From positions 82,674 to 146,673 of the IMG/VR virus record IMGVR_UViG_3300036760_000150: a stretch of DNA of 64,000 bases; one strand, given 5' to 3'. Below, in pieces: positions 9,401 through 17,800 of the stretch (its first letter is position 1; each line of letters starts with the position of its first letter). Made by a program: the position numbers and the translations under genes. This DNA is from a virus. The notes under the pieces were generated by a model. It was not told the origin of the DNA, ran no database searches, and saw only the letters and a list, made by a program, of their open reading frames with translations.

Positions 9401-11098
9401 TCTATATCCACACAGAAGCCCAAAGATGAACTGCCTACTGGATTGGTCAACGATGATGTCGAACCTTCTAAACTTGCGTCTAGCGAGAAAGTATATACAT
9501 CAGACGTCTTAGAAAAAGGCGTTAAACAAAGGCTGTTCTACTTTAGTCCTGCAGAGGTGCCAGAAGAACATAAGCAGAAGGTGGCACAGTGGACAGATCC
9601 ATTAGAGACAAATATATCTGGTGACAGAGAAGTGATACCTAGATTAGAAGGAAATGCTAGGATGAGGGCTCTGCATACTTTATCCAGCAAAACAAAGACT
9701 AGATGGAATCCTGATAAAAAAGAGAGAGAATTTTTATTACACCGAGGAGTGTCTGGAAGTGAACACAATCGTGTAATAAATAACGGACATGTAGAACATC
9801 CTGGTAAATCTTCGTGGTCTCCCAAACATACAACTGCCGTTAATTGGATGGATCAATATGGCGGTCTTGCTGATGAAGACCCCAGTGTACTATCTGCGTG
9901 GATACCAGAATCTAAGATACATCATGTTCCTATGCAGATTGGTGCCACAGAAAGAGTAGAGACCGTTAAGCCGGGTAATAAAAGATTTTCGCCAACAGGA
10001 AAGTTACAAGGTCCTATGGAGTGGCGCAACGAACACGAAGTGATCGTTGATCCTGGTAGTCATAAGGTGGCAACTGAAAAGGAAGTTAAGTCAACCGACA
10101 AGACCTCTGAGCCTACCGACATCAACGAGCGAATCAACCGTAAGATGACCAAGTCTGAGTATGATCCTGCCAAAGACGTCACAGCCTTCACATCTTTCTC
10201 TACAGAGCCTGGCGACATAGAGCTTGTGCGAGAGATCAACGAGATGATCGAGGCTGGTCACACCAGGCCGCTAGGTGAGAAAGGCTTGTTCACCGAGGAT
10301 AGCTTCGTCGTCGGAGAGAAACCAGATAACTCTTGGCTTATCAAGGTTGAGGTAGGAAACACGCCCGGCATTAAAGCTGTTCAGTACACCGGCCCTCAGT
10401 CTGTTAAAGAGGCCGCCTTCTACAAGGCCTCAGAACAAGTGTTCGGTCTGTCTCGCTTCGTGCCCAAGTCTGTGCTCGGTGAGGTGCAGACCAAGGACGT
10501 ACCCAAACTGGCGGTGGCCATCAAGATGCTGCCTCCTGAGTTCAAGAACGCCGCCGAGACAGAGGGTGACATCAAAGGTATGATGAAAGGTCTCCTTGAG
10601 AAGTACAAGGAGGCAGGTCTCTCTCACATGCTTGCGTTCATGCTCTACGTGTTGGGCGACCTCGATGCCCACGGCAACAACTTGATGACAGACGGGTACA
10701 ACGTCGTGTTGATAGATCATGGCAGCTCGTTTGCCGACCTGTCTTCTGAGGACAAGTCTGACAAGAAGCAGTTCGTACCTTACATCTTGAGGCATGAGGG
10801 TTTCAAAGGTAAGTTGTCTGACAACGACAAGCAGTCTCACATGCCGTTGATCGATAGCCCCGAGATAAGGGCTAACTTGAAAGAGTACATCATGTCTGTA
10901 GATCCTAAGAAGTTACATGACGTCGTAGTCAGCTACGGTCTAAATCCGGTACCATCAGTCACACGTCTTAAGGTCGCGCAGAAGATGCTTGAGCACTCAG
11001 ACCACCCTGACGTATTAGTGAACTACGTTTGGATAAAAGGTGCACCTGCGGACCTAGTTGAAGAGCAAGAAGGAGTCGCACATGAAGTTGGAGCCTGA
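6497..11098 (+). CDS. Polyvalent multi-enzyme protein (SLT-like, DUF3293-like, HDxxGH domain, ART-like, HExxH peptidase, R-S-E ART, PI3/4K-HipA-like kinase)
   Basis: Motifs: IAYMES...AVGKYGLMPLT...AWKYG; FISAQ...YNQESVL; FRVVHDYFGH...GEENA; LYHYS...RAYYY...AGYNGY; HELAH...EVQPMA; LHRGV...SSWS...EHEVIV; LIKVE...KEAAFY...DLDAHGNN...IDHGSSF. Confidence 0.85.
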   Translation: MEDSNRKDILTSKDINESLTSDDTNLEKSVNTKLVHLATIASLLGVPYSSNMQPPKAVAAAPAVVPSATPHPGLEPIAYMESRNGRNQRHKLVTWGLNSGTKAVGKYGLMPLTVHETAKHDSTIGRMYPEFKTLDPIKDHDKYEKILLANPQVQDHIANSHWGRLTRTFGKDKNRAVYAWKYGITGAKTASHSDVSSAPYVREYNKHHNMLNVQTKKSLRKSEFQLPQHFSFISAQRGGDHNHDVHQRLYQDLRDSGFDPVEVTGHYGYQERSFLVPHTGSAVDRNKVEDLGRKYNQESVLHSSDLNNELVNLEDPTKSMRGSGISNDYSDAMYTELPGGSRFKLNLRKTEVLEKADGQPNPQARQVAEGYANSKGIKLRRLTPVKVNPQFATHVAGAYEKMPHSPSSPDTKRSYDALISETLDQFQHMKNAGLKISKIKPGMENPYKSSKDLFHDVQHNNHMWYFPTESGFGSSETRSDHPMLAPTEEMHEGKPMLANDVFRVVHDYFGHAKEGHAFGPNGEENAWQTHAQMYSPEARRAMTAETRGQNSWVNFGPHAAHNRSNPHQTVYADQKAGLLPDWAHAVDPTQAFSKSEDDDKVLYHYSQHPEPLKIIDPVFHGTGYPGAEGKRDDRVARAYYYDTPTGHEPDVISGATHMYTVKHPGNILDVASEEAEPFKEKARNQYGIIDYSDLERHMKDAGYNGYKNTASAIPNAVALFHPQQVDESRDLRKSEELEKASHNVREQKAKVFGTKANPPAGSQMREKHIEHINNFAKKFLNLEIRPSGGKINEATGQRRSESPKIGTDKPDWRSGQLEAQWNPEAIMHELAHLMLLPSGVGLKEGQRLMDKQYGEVQSKYGYMQQKRSQGEVQPMAAEQIIRRHLGLPASRVSIPVESKDAPPRVSVEAPDVVIGTRVPQPTKSGAVKWVDLIRQSRLLNTENRKRLEDIFSGNIKFHPELGWIPKKTSISTQKPKDELPTGLVNDDVEPSKLASSEKVYTSDVLEKGVKQRLFYFSPAEVPEEHKQKVAQWTDPLETNISGDREVIPRLEGNARMRALHTLSSKTKTRWNPDKKEREFLLHRGVSGSEHNRVINNGHVEHPGKSSWSPKHTTAVNWMDQYGGLADEDPSVLSAWIPESKIHHVPMQIGATERVETVKPGNKRFSPTGKLQGPMEWRNEHEVIVDPGSHKVATEKEVKSTDKTSEPTDINERINRKMTKSEYDPAKDVTAFTSFSTEPGDIELVREINEMIEAGHTRPLGEKGLFTEDSFVVGEKPDNSWLIKVEVGNTPGIKAVQYTGPQSVKEAAFYKASEQVFGLSRFVPKSVLGEVQTKDVPKLAVAIKMLPPEFKNAAETEGDIKGMMKGLLEKYKEAGLSHMLAFMLYVLGDLDAHGNNLMTDGYNVVLIDHGSSFADLSSEDKSDKKQFVPYILRHEGFKGKLSDNDKQSHMPLIDSPEIRANLKEYIMSVDPKKLHDVVVSYGLNPVPSVTRLKVAQKMLEHSDHPDVLVNYVWIKGAPADLVEEQEGVAHEVGA

Positions 11099-11729
11099 GA
11101 TGATATTGCACAAAAGTATCGTAGGTATCTATAAAGACGGACCCGTATGTCATTTAGTTACTAAGGGTGGATATCATATGATGTATTCCGCACGTCCTAA
11201 TTGTGCATATGAACTACTGTCTGTTGGCAGCCATCGGGCAGTCGCAAAGCATATGGCAGATATGAAATATAATGGTGAGATAAAATGGGACAACGAGAAA
11301 CTCTACAAGGCAGACCGCTTGGAAGTTCTACCTGAGTCCAACCCTTCAAACCATATGGCATTGGCCGATCATCATGCGGTGTTACACAACAAGTACGTCG
11401 AGATGGGAAAGAATCCGTCTAAGCATGCAGACGAGGTCAACTCATACTACAGGGCTTTCATACCGGACCACAAAGACATGGATGACTTCCAACTGAAGCA
11501 TGACATACACATGCATGCACTGGGACATGAAGATACTGCCATCAAAAATTACCAGATGGCAGGTTTGGATAGAAAAGCTGCTTACGAACGGTTGAAGTCG
11601 CAGGTCAACCACGCTACACCTCTCAACGCCAAAGCTCCGTTCAGTGATGATCAACTTCACAGGGCGTGGAACCATAAACACGCAGACCAGCGTGCGCCAG
11701 GCGGCATTGGGTATGATCAAACTAAGTAA
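11082..11729 (+). CDS. Hypothetical virion-associated protein
   Basis: AGGAG RBS before ATG 11082; contains the LYKA motif. Confidence 0.7.
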   Translation: MKLEPEMILHKSIVGIYKDGPVCHLVTKGGYHMMYSARPNCAYELLSVGSHRAVAKHMADMKYNGEIKWDNEKLYKADRLEVLPESNPSNHMALADHHAVLHNKYVEMGKNPSKHADEVNSYYRAFIPDHKDMDDFQLKHDIHMHALGHEDTAIKNYQMAGLDRKAAYERLKSQVNHATPLNAKAPFSDDQLHRAWNHKHADQRAPGGIGYDQTK

Positions 11730-11737
11730 GGTAGGTT

Positions 11738-12616
11738 ATGTCAGACTCATCAGATAGAAAACCAGAAGATAGGGTAGATATACCAATACAGTACCATGAT
11801 CCCTTTGAGGCCGTAAGAACTTCTCTTGACGCCGAAGGCTCTTTCATCTCAAACAACGGAGTGTTGTTCGCTCACTGGAAAGCCATGCCGTGTGTAATCG
11901 GTCAAAAAGATCTGGATGGCATAAGGAAAAGTTTTGACCATGCTTACGAGAATGCTGGATGTCCGATGAAGTGTGAGAACGGTTTTTCATACGAGTTCTC
12001 TGGCTACGTCTATGGAATCTTTGTTAGTAACTCGAAGAACTCGGCCAAGATGCCAGGTGGATTCGTGCCTAACGGCCAAGCATACGTCACCCTTAATAGG
12101 TACTACAAGAACACCGAGACATCAGCCTACTTCAGCGAGTACGACAAGCTCATACCTCACGAGTGTCCTGAAGACTTCAAGGCTGAGAATTTCCAGAAGT
12201 TCCAACATAACCCTAGCGGCGTAGACCGTCTTCAGTTCCCTGCTCACAAAGTTCAGTTCCTACACGACTCTGACGGCAAGAGGTACACCCAAGACGTCGA
12301 CTTCACCGTGGTAGACGGTCAGATAAAGTGGGGAGACAACCGTCCTGGATTCGACAACCAAGGTAAGCCTAAGATCTGCTCTGTCAGGTACACGTACCAA
12401 CCGTACTACTACGTGAAGTACGTGCTGCACGAGCAGAGGCTTAAGGTGCAGGTTGATCCTTACACCCAGGAAGGAAAGGTCAAGACAGGTCCTACACAGT
12501 GCCTAGTCGAGCAGGACTTCGTGTTCCTAGACAGCAGGTTCAAGGACAACCAGAAGGACAGCCAGCTCGAGTCGGGCAAAGGCGGCAACAGCGGGCCTGA
12601 GTACGGGCCTCGTTAA
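11738..12616 (+). CDS. Putative neck/head-completion protein
   Basis: W-x-A-x-P-C...CxxxC-x-N-G-F N-terminus and beta-rich body, reminiscent of neck proteins of SPO1/Twort-like myoviruses. Confidence 0.55.
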   Translation: MSDSSDRKPEDRVDIPIQYHDPFEAVRTSLDAEGSFISNNGVLFAHWKAMPCVIGQKDLDGIRKSFDHAYENAGCPMKCENGFSYEFSGYVYGIFVSNSKNSAKMPGGFVPNGQAYVTLNRYYKNTETSAYFSEYDKLIPHECPEDFKAENFQKFQHNPSGVDRLQFPAHKVQFLHDSDGKRYTQDVDFTVVDGQIKWGDNRPGFDNQGKPKICSVRYTYQPYYYVKYVLHEQRLKVQVDPYTQEGKVKTGPTQCLVEQDFVFLDSRFKDNQKDSQLESGKGGNSGPEYGPR

Positions 12617-12623
12617 CTAGTGA

Positions 12624-12674
12624 AAACACATACTTAGCTTAAAGTCTTAATTTTACTGAAGAATCTTAATCCTA
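12624..12674 (+). promoter_or_regulatory. Tandem putative late promoters
   Basis: TCTTAATTTTA at 12645-12655 and TCTTAATCCTA at 12664-12674, preceded by AAACACATACTTA. Confidence 0.6.
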
Positions 12675-12685
12675 GGAGAAGTGAG

Positions 12686-13069
12686 ATGGGCAAGAGAACA
12701 AGACAGTCTGGAAGTAACTATGACCCGCAGTCGGCTGCGGCGAACACGTACAGTGAGTACTCCGGTGCTCAGAAGAACGTGCCGTCCGGTTGGGCTCGGT
12801 CTAGGTTCATCGGTGACGCCACCACGGCAAAAGCCATCCTCCCTGGACAGAACTTCGCCATCTACAACAACGCCGGAGCCGTTGCCTTCGTCTCATTCTA
12901 CCCGACAGGATCTGCTGTTGCAGCAGACTCCACCAACGGCGTTCCCATCCCCCCCAACGATTACCTGTACCTCAACAGCTCCGACAACGACTTCGTGATC
13001 GCCAGCGCAGCCACAGTTCTGATCTACGAGATCAGAGACGAGACCTCATACCAAAGACCTCCAGCGTAA
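12686..13069 (+). CDS. Putative virion structural protein
   Basis: AGGAG RBS, strongly biased codon use, follows the late motif. Confidence 0.65.
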   Translation: MGKRTRQSGSNYDPQSAAANTYSEYSGAQKNVPSGWARSRFIGDATTAKAILPGQNFAIYNNAGAVAFVSFYPTGSAVAADSTNGVPIPPNDYLYLNSSDNDFVIASAATVLIYEIRDETSYQRPPA

Positions 13070-13081
13070 GAGAGAACCTAG

Positions 13082-14029
13082 ATGCGATACGACAAGCTAC
13101 TTAAGTCTGTGATGGGTGAGGACCTCTACGAGAGTCTTCACAAAGCCCTGCAGAAGCTGACGACAAGCTCTGTCGTCGACATAGGCGAGTTGTACCACAG
13201 CCTCAAGGTTGCCCCCAAGGCGGTGGTAGCCTTCCTGGTTCGCGAGCTTAAAGACATGAAGGACGCCAAGGAAGTCAAGCTACCTTGGGCTGAGAACGCA
13301 TCGATGCTGGTCAACAAACTAGACAGTGATGTGTACCAAGGTCACATCGTCGAAGATGGTCACATCAAACATGAGTTTCGACTGTCATCTCTACCTGCCC
13401 TGGCGGCTCACCTAACCTCTCATTTTGAACTATACGACGAGGACCAGGAAGAGGAGGCTAAACCTGATCAGTTAGATGACGGTAAAGTCAAAGCTCTTGA
13501 GTCTAAACTCAACCAGCTGCAGATACAGGCCCTTGAGGCTAAGATAAACAGCCTGATGGCACTTGTCTCTGCTAAGGTGACACAGCCAGTGGTGAAGGTA
13601 GACGACCTCAGCAAAGCTGGTCTCATGCCTAAGATGCCCTCACCTCCCAAGCCTGGGATCAAGGTAGGCGGCAACCAGGGCATAATGACGGGTGGTGTGA
13701 AGGGCGACAAGACCGCAGCCACCGACAGGATGAGTAAACCCGTCAAGTCTCTCATCGGTAAACCGATGCTGAACACACCTCCTGTTAAGTCTAAATTGTT
13801 GACGTTCAACAAGTCCGACATGATGAAGAACTGCATGGAGTGCAGAAAAAATGAGTTTGATAAATCTGGCAACTACACTGGATGTGATTGTTGGAAAGGG
13901 ATGAGTAAGCCTAAGGTAAAGAAGAGTGATTCTGACACTGTAACTATTGAGCTACCTCAAGATTGGGACTCCGACGCCGTCGTCGCATTGATAAGGTCTG
14001 TGAAGAAGTATGGAAGAGAGTCAAACTGA
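13082..14029 (+). CDS. Hypothetical virion-internal protein with multiple xxKS/KA motifs and a C-terminal Zn-ribbon
   Basis: LLKS, LHKA, LSKA, FNKS and VKKS motifs; CMEC...CDC. Confidence 0.7.
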   Translation: MRYDKLLKSVMGEDLYESLHKALQKLTTSSVVDIGELYHSLKVAPKAVVAFLVRELKDMKDAKEVKLPWAENASMLVNKLDSDVYQGHIVEDGHIKHEFRLSSLPALAAHLTSHFELYDEDQEEEAKPDQLDDGKVKALESKLNQLQIQALEAKINSLMALVSAKVTQPVVKVDDLSKAGLMPKMPSPPKPGIKVGGNQGIMTGGVKGDKTAATDRMSKPVKSLIGKPMLNTPPVKSKLLTFNKSDMMKNCMECRKNEFDKSGNYTGCDCWKGMSKPKVKKSDSDTVTIELPQDWDSDAVVALIRSVKKYGRESN

Positions 14030-14882
14030 CAAGGTAGTTGCCATAGTCAGCGTCTACCTGTCAAATCAGATAAAAGACGACGACGATCTACGTGACCAGA
14101 ACATGTATGTCAGTCGTCTTGAGAAGTTATGTCATGCCGTCGTGGTAAGCAAAGGTGGACAGGTCACACCTGTGCCTGCTGCCATGGGTATGGGCGACGC
14201 GTTCAAACTAGACATCCCCGTCGATGAGATCACATGCGTGAAACAGCTTGTCTGTCAGGCCAAGGAAGACGAGAGTCTACGTCTGTGTGTTGGTCTAGGA
14301 CATGACATAGTAGAGGCTAAGTACGCACTAGAGCATGCTATGCTTGAAGGACCATGCTCCATAGTCGTCTACCACCCTGACATGGAACCTAAAGAAGAGG
14401 TCAAGAAGTCAGAGCCTGAGCGTGAGAAGGCTCTACAGATACTGCAGACCATCAAGCAGAACATGCAGGTGTTTGAGAAGATGAAGCAAGAGAACCCTCA
14501 GATGTACTCGCATGTGTTAGAGACGCTTAAAGGTCTTGTGCAGGCTGTTGGCTCCAAGAAAGGTCACGCCGACAAGATCAACAACACTGGTGATAACATA
14601 CAAGATCTGATAGACAACGTTCAGTCAGGCTACGAAGACGACGATCAAGATGCAGCCCAAGAAGCTGTGGATGCCCTACCTAAGCCTGACGCTGTTCCTC
14701 AACAACCGCAACCTGCAGAAGAGCAGCAACCTCAAGTTGGCCTCAACAAACAGCTGCTTGCTGCTGCCCTTAGACAGGGTGGCAAGACAGATGATTCTCG
14801 TCCAGACTTCAGCGATAGTGAAGATCCTGAGTTCATGGAGGCGCTGTACGACGTCATAATGAGTGGAGACACAAGTGCCTAA
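14010..14882 (+). CDS. Protein with a degenerate mCpol/GGDEF-like palm domain, VKKSE motif and acidic tail
   Basis: KGGQV...GMGDAF...P...LCVGLGHDIVEAKYALEHAMLEG resembles the palm-domain pattern GG...GGD...SVGVG...EA..AL..AK..G. Confidence 0.5.
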   Translation: MEESQTDKVVAIVSVYLSNQIKDDDDLRDQNMYVSRLEKLCHAVVVSKGGQVTPVPAAMGMGDAFKLDIPVDEITCVKQLVCQAKEDESLRLCVGLGHDIVEAKYALEHAMLEGPCSIVVYHPDMEPKEEVKKSEPEREKALQILQTIKQNMQVFEKMKQENPQMYSHVLETLKGLVQAVGSKKGHADKINNTGDNIQDLIDNVQSGYEDDDQDAAQEAVDALPKPDAVPQQPQPAEEQQPQVGLNKQLLAAALRQGGKTDDSRPDFSDSEDPEFMEALYDVIMSGDTSA

Positions 14883-17800
14883 GATCCAGAAGATGCCAGC
14901 TGCAGAGGCTGAGCAACATGTAAACAACCTGAGCTTGCCCGCCAGCAAGTTGGCCGAGATAGCTGGTCAGCACACAGACAACCCTGAGATCATGCAGGCT
15001 ATCGCTAAGCATCCTAATGCCGGACCTCAGGCCCTAGACATAGCCTACAGGTCAGATATGGCTGACAGTGCCCTTGAGCACCCTAACGTGTCGCAGAAGA
15101 CTGTCGAGCATGCGTTCAACAGGTTCGTTGAACCAAACGAGCCTAAAGATCTTGAGTACGAACATAAAGACATAGCACTTCATCCCAAGTTGCCTCAAGA
15201 AAAGAAAGACACTTTGGTCATGAAGATCATGAACTCTAAAGACAAAGGTACTTGGAGTGACATGATAGCTAACAATTACTTTGACAAAGGTCATGCTTCA
15301 GAGGCTATGGTACAGCATGCACTTCAACACCCGGATGTTGACTACACAGCTCATGCCTTACAGTCTCCCACGGTGTCAGATGAGCATGTTAAGACTGCAG
15401 CGGCCAGGAAAGACTTTGACTACGAGCAAGCCAAAAAGGCGATTGAGAACAAAGCCCTGTCACCTGAGTCTATAGCTTTCTTGTACAACAAGTTCAGGGG
15501 CAAAGAGGGTGAGAACACCTACTGGCGAGATAAGATCGAAGGTAACCTGACAGAGAACCCCAACACCCCACCTGAGATAATCAGCAAGCTTGCGAGTAAG
15601 CGTAGTCCTCACCGTCGCGATGCCATGCAACACCCAGCTTTTCCCGAGAAAGAGTTGCACAACATGGTCAAAGAAGGTGACGAGGATGCCATAGATGCAG
15701 CGTTGCCTCGCAGCGACACACCTGAGGAAGTACTTCGTCACATACACGCACACCTGCCAGATGACGCAAACTACAAGTGGGGTAAAGGAAGATCTTTGGT
15801 CAGGCATCCTAACTACCCAGAGGATCTTCAACTTAAGAGTGCTAAAGGTAGCACAGATGAGGCCAGAGCCTTACTTAAGAGGGAGCAGCTGTCTAAGCCC
15901 GTCTTAGATCAACTTGTGAGCCACAAGAACACCAACCTGGCTGTCGATGCTTTGAAGCATAAGGCAATCACTCCAGAGACAGTGTTGCTGGCGTACAACA
16001 GGAAAGCTAAAGATGTCGCTGGTGCTGCTGGCCTACATCGTCTGTTGCCCAAAGAGTTGAAGATCAACCGAGCTGTCGAGAACGAAGACACAGCTGTAAA
16101 ATTAGCCGACATATCAAACGACAAAGATGTCCTTAGGTCTATCGCTGAGAGGTGGGGTAACAAAGATTCAGTTCGTGGAAGACTGTTACGTAACCATAAC
16201 TTAGACGGTGACACCCTGCACAATCTGGTGAGTCACCAGATCCAGGCCACAGGTAGTCGAGCGACTTATTTTCCCAACAACTTAGATGAACATCCCAACA
16301 TGAAGCCTGAGACTCGCATGATGATGATCAAACATCCAAGTGCTTCATACAAGGCTTTCTCTCACATCAACTTGACCCCAGATGAGGCTAGAGAAGGCCT
16401 TCGTCACTGGGCAACTGAGGATCGCGACCTAGCTGGCGACTATGCTACTGGACTTCTCACTCATCCTAACACAGATCCTGAACTTGCCAAAGAGATCGTC
16501 TCTGGTACATACGGGAAGCTTAACAACCGACAGCTGCGTTCAGATGAGCTTGAGGAGTTCGTCAAGTCGCATCCTTTGGTGTACACCAAAGGTGTTGTCA
16601 AGGCTGCCCTTGAGACTCCTCACGAGTTGACTGACAAGAACGCCGTTGGACAGATCGCCAAGGGTGCTGATAGCTTGTCTGCCAAAGACATAGCTGAGTA
16701 TGTAGATGGCGTCAAGAAGATGAAGTTCGGCGGTGATCGTGACAAAGAAGATTTCTACCATTCAGTAGCTGTGGACATGGTTAGAAATCCTAATGCAGAT
16801 CCTCATTTTTTAGTTGGACTTGTAGATAGGTCACTCAATAACAGTCAACAGACACAGCATGATATCAAACTTGCCAATGCTGCCATACACAACCCAAGCT
16901 ACCCTAAAAAACATCTAGAAGAGATCATAAGACACCCCAAGTTCCCTGAAGACAACGGTAACTTACGTGGTGACCTAACAGGTTTCATAAAAGATAAGAT
17001 CTACGAACCTGAGATGAAAGAACTCAGAGACAAAGCGTTGGTCGAGTCTAATCATCCTCAGTTCGTTACAGATCTACTAACTACTAGGTTTAAAGACCAA
17101 GAGGACCCCAAGCTAGTCGAGAAGGCTCTCTCTAACCCACACCCTGAAGTTGTAAAAGACGTATTGGGCTACCTGTCTAACAAGTCAACGCAGATGTCAG
17201 GCGCTAATGACTCACGCAGCAGGCAGATAAGAGACTACGTAGATCAACTTGCAGACCACGCAGATCCGTCAGTGCGAGCTGCTGCGTTTGAGATGATGTC
17301 TCCAGAGGCACAAGCTAAGATGACCCAAGGTCAAGACTTGATGTCAAACCCAGAACTCATACAAGGCTTATCAAGAGAGAACGCCGAGAAGTTGAAGATA
17401 GAGTCACATCATAGTTTGGACGCTATCCAGCAGCTCCTAAAACATAAGTACGCTCATTGGCAGCATTTTGAGCAGGCAGTTAACCACTCCCAAGAAGGAG
17501 CTGAGCTAGCACATAAGATATTATCTGCTAAGATCGAAGGTGAGGATCGTCCATCAAAGAAAGACGTAGAAGGTCTAGGTTACATACAAGAGAAACTACT
17601 TGATAAGTACTCAGACTCCTCTGCCTCAAGGTTCATAGCTAGAACCACACCCAACACACTTGTGCTGGACAAGATAGTCAACGACCCTCGTCTGTTCAAC
17701 AAGTTTGGTGGTAACATAACAGAAAACGACCATGCCTTGTCTCGTCACCTTGACAGCTTCACTAAGTTGAAAGGTGAGAGTCACGCCAGCCTGATGAGCG

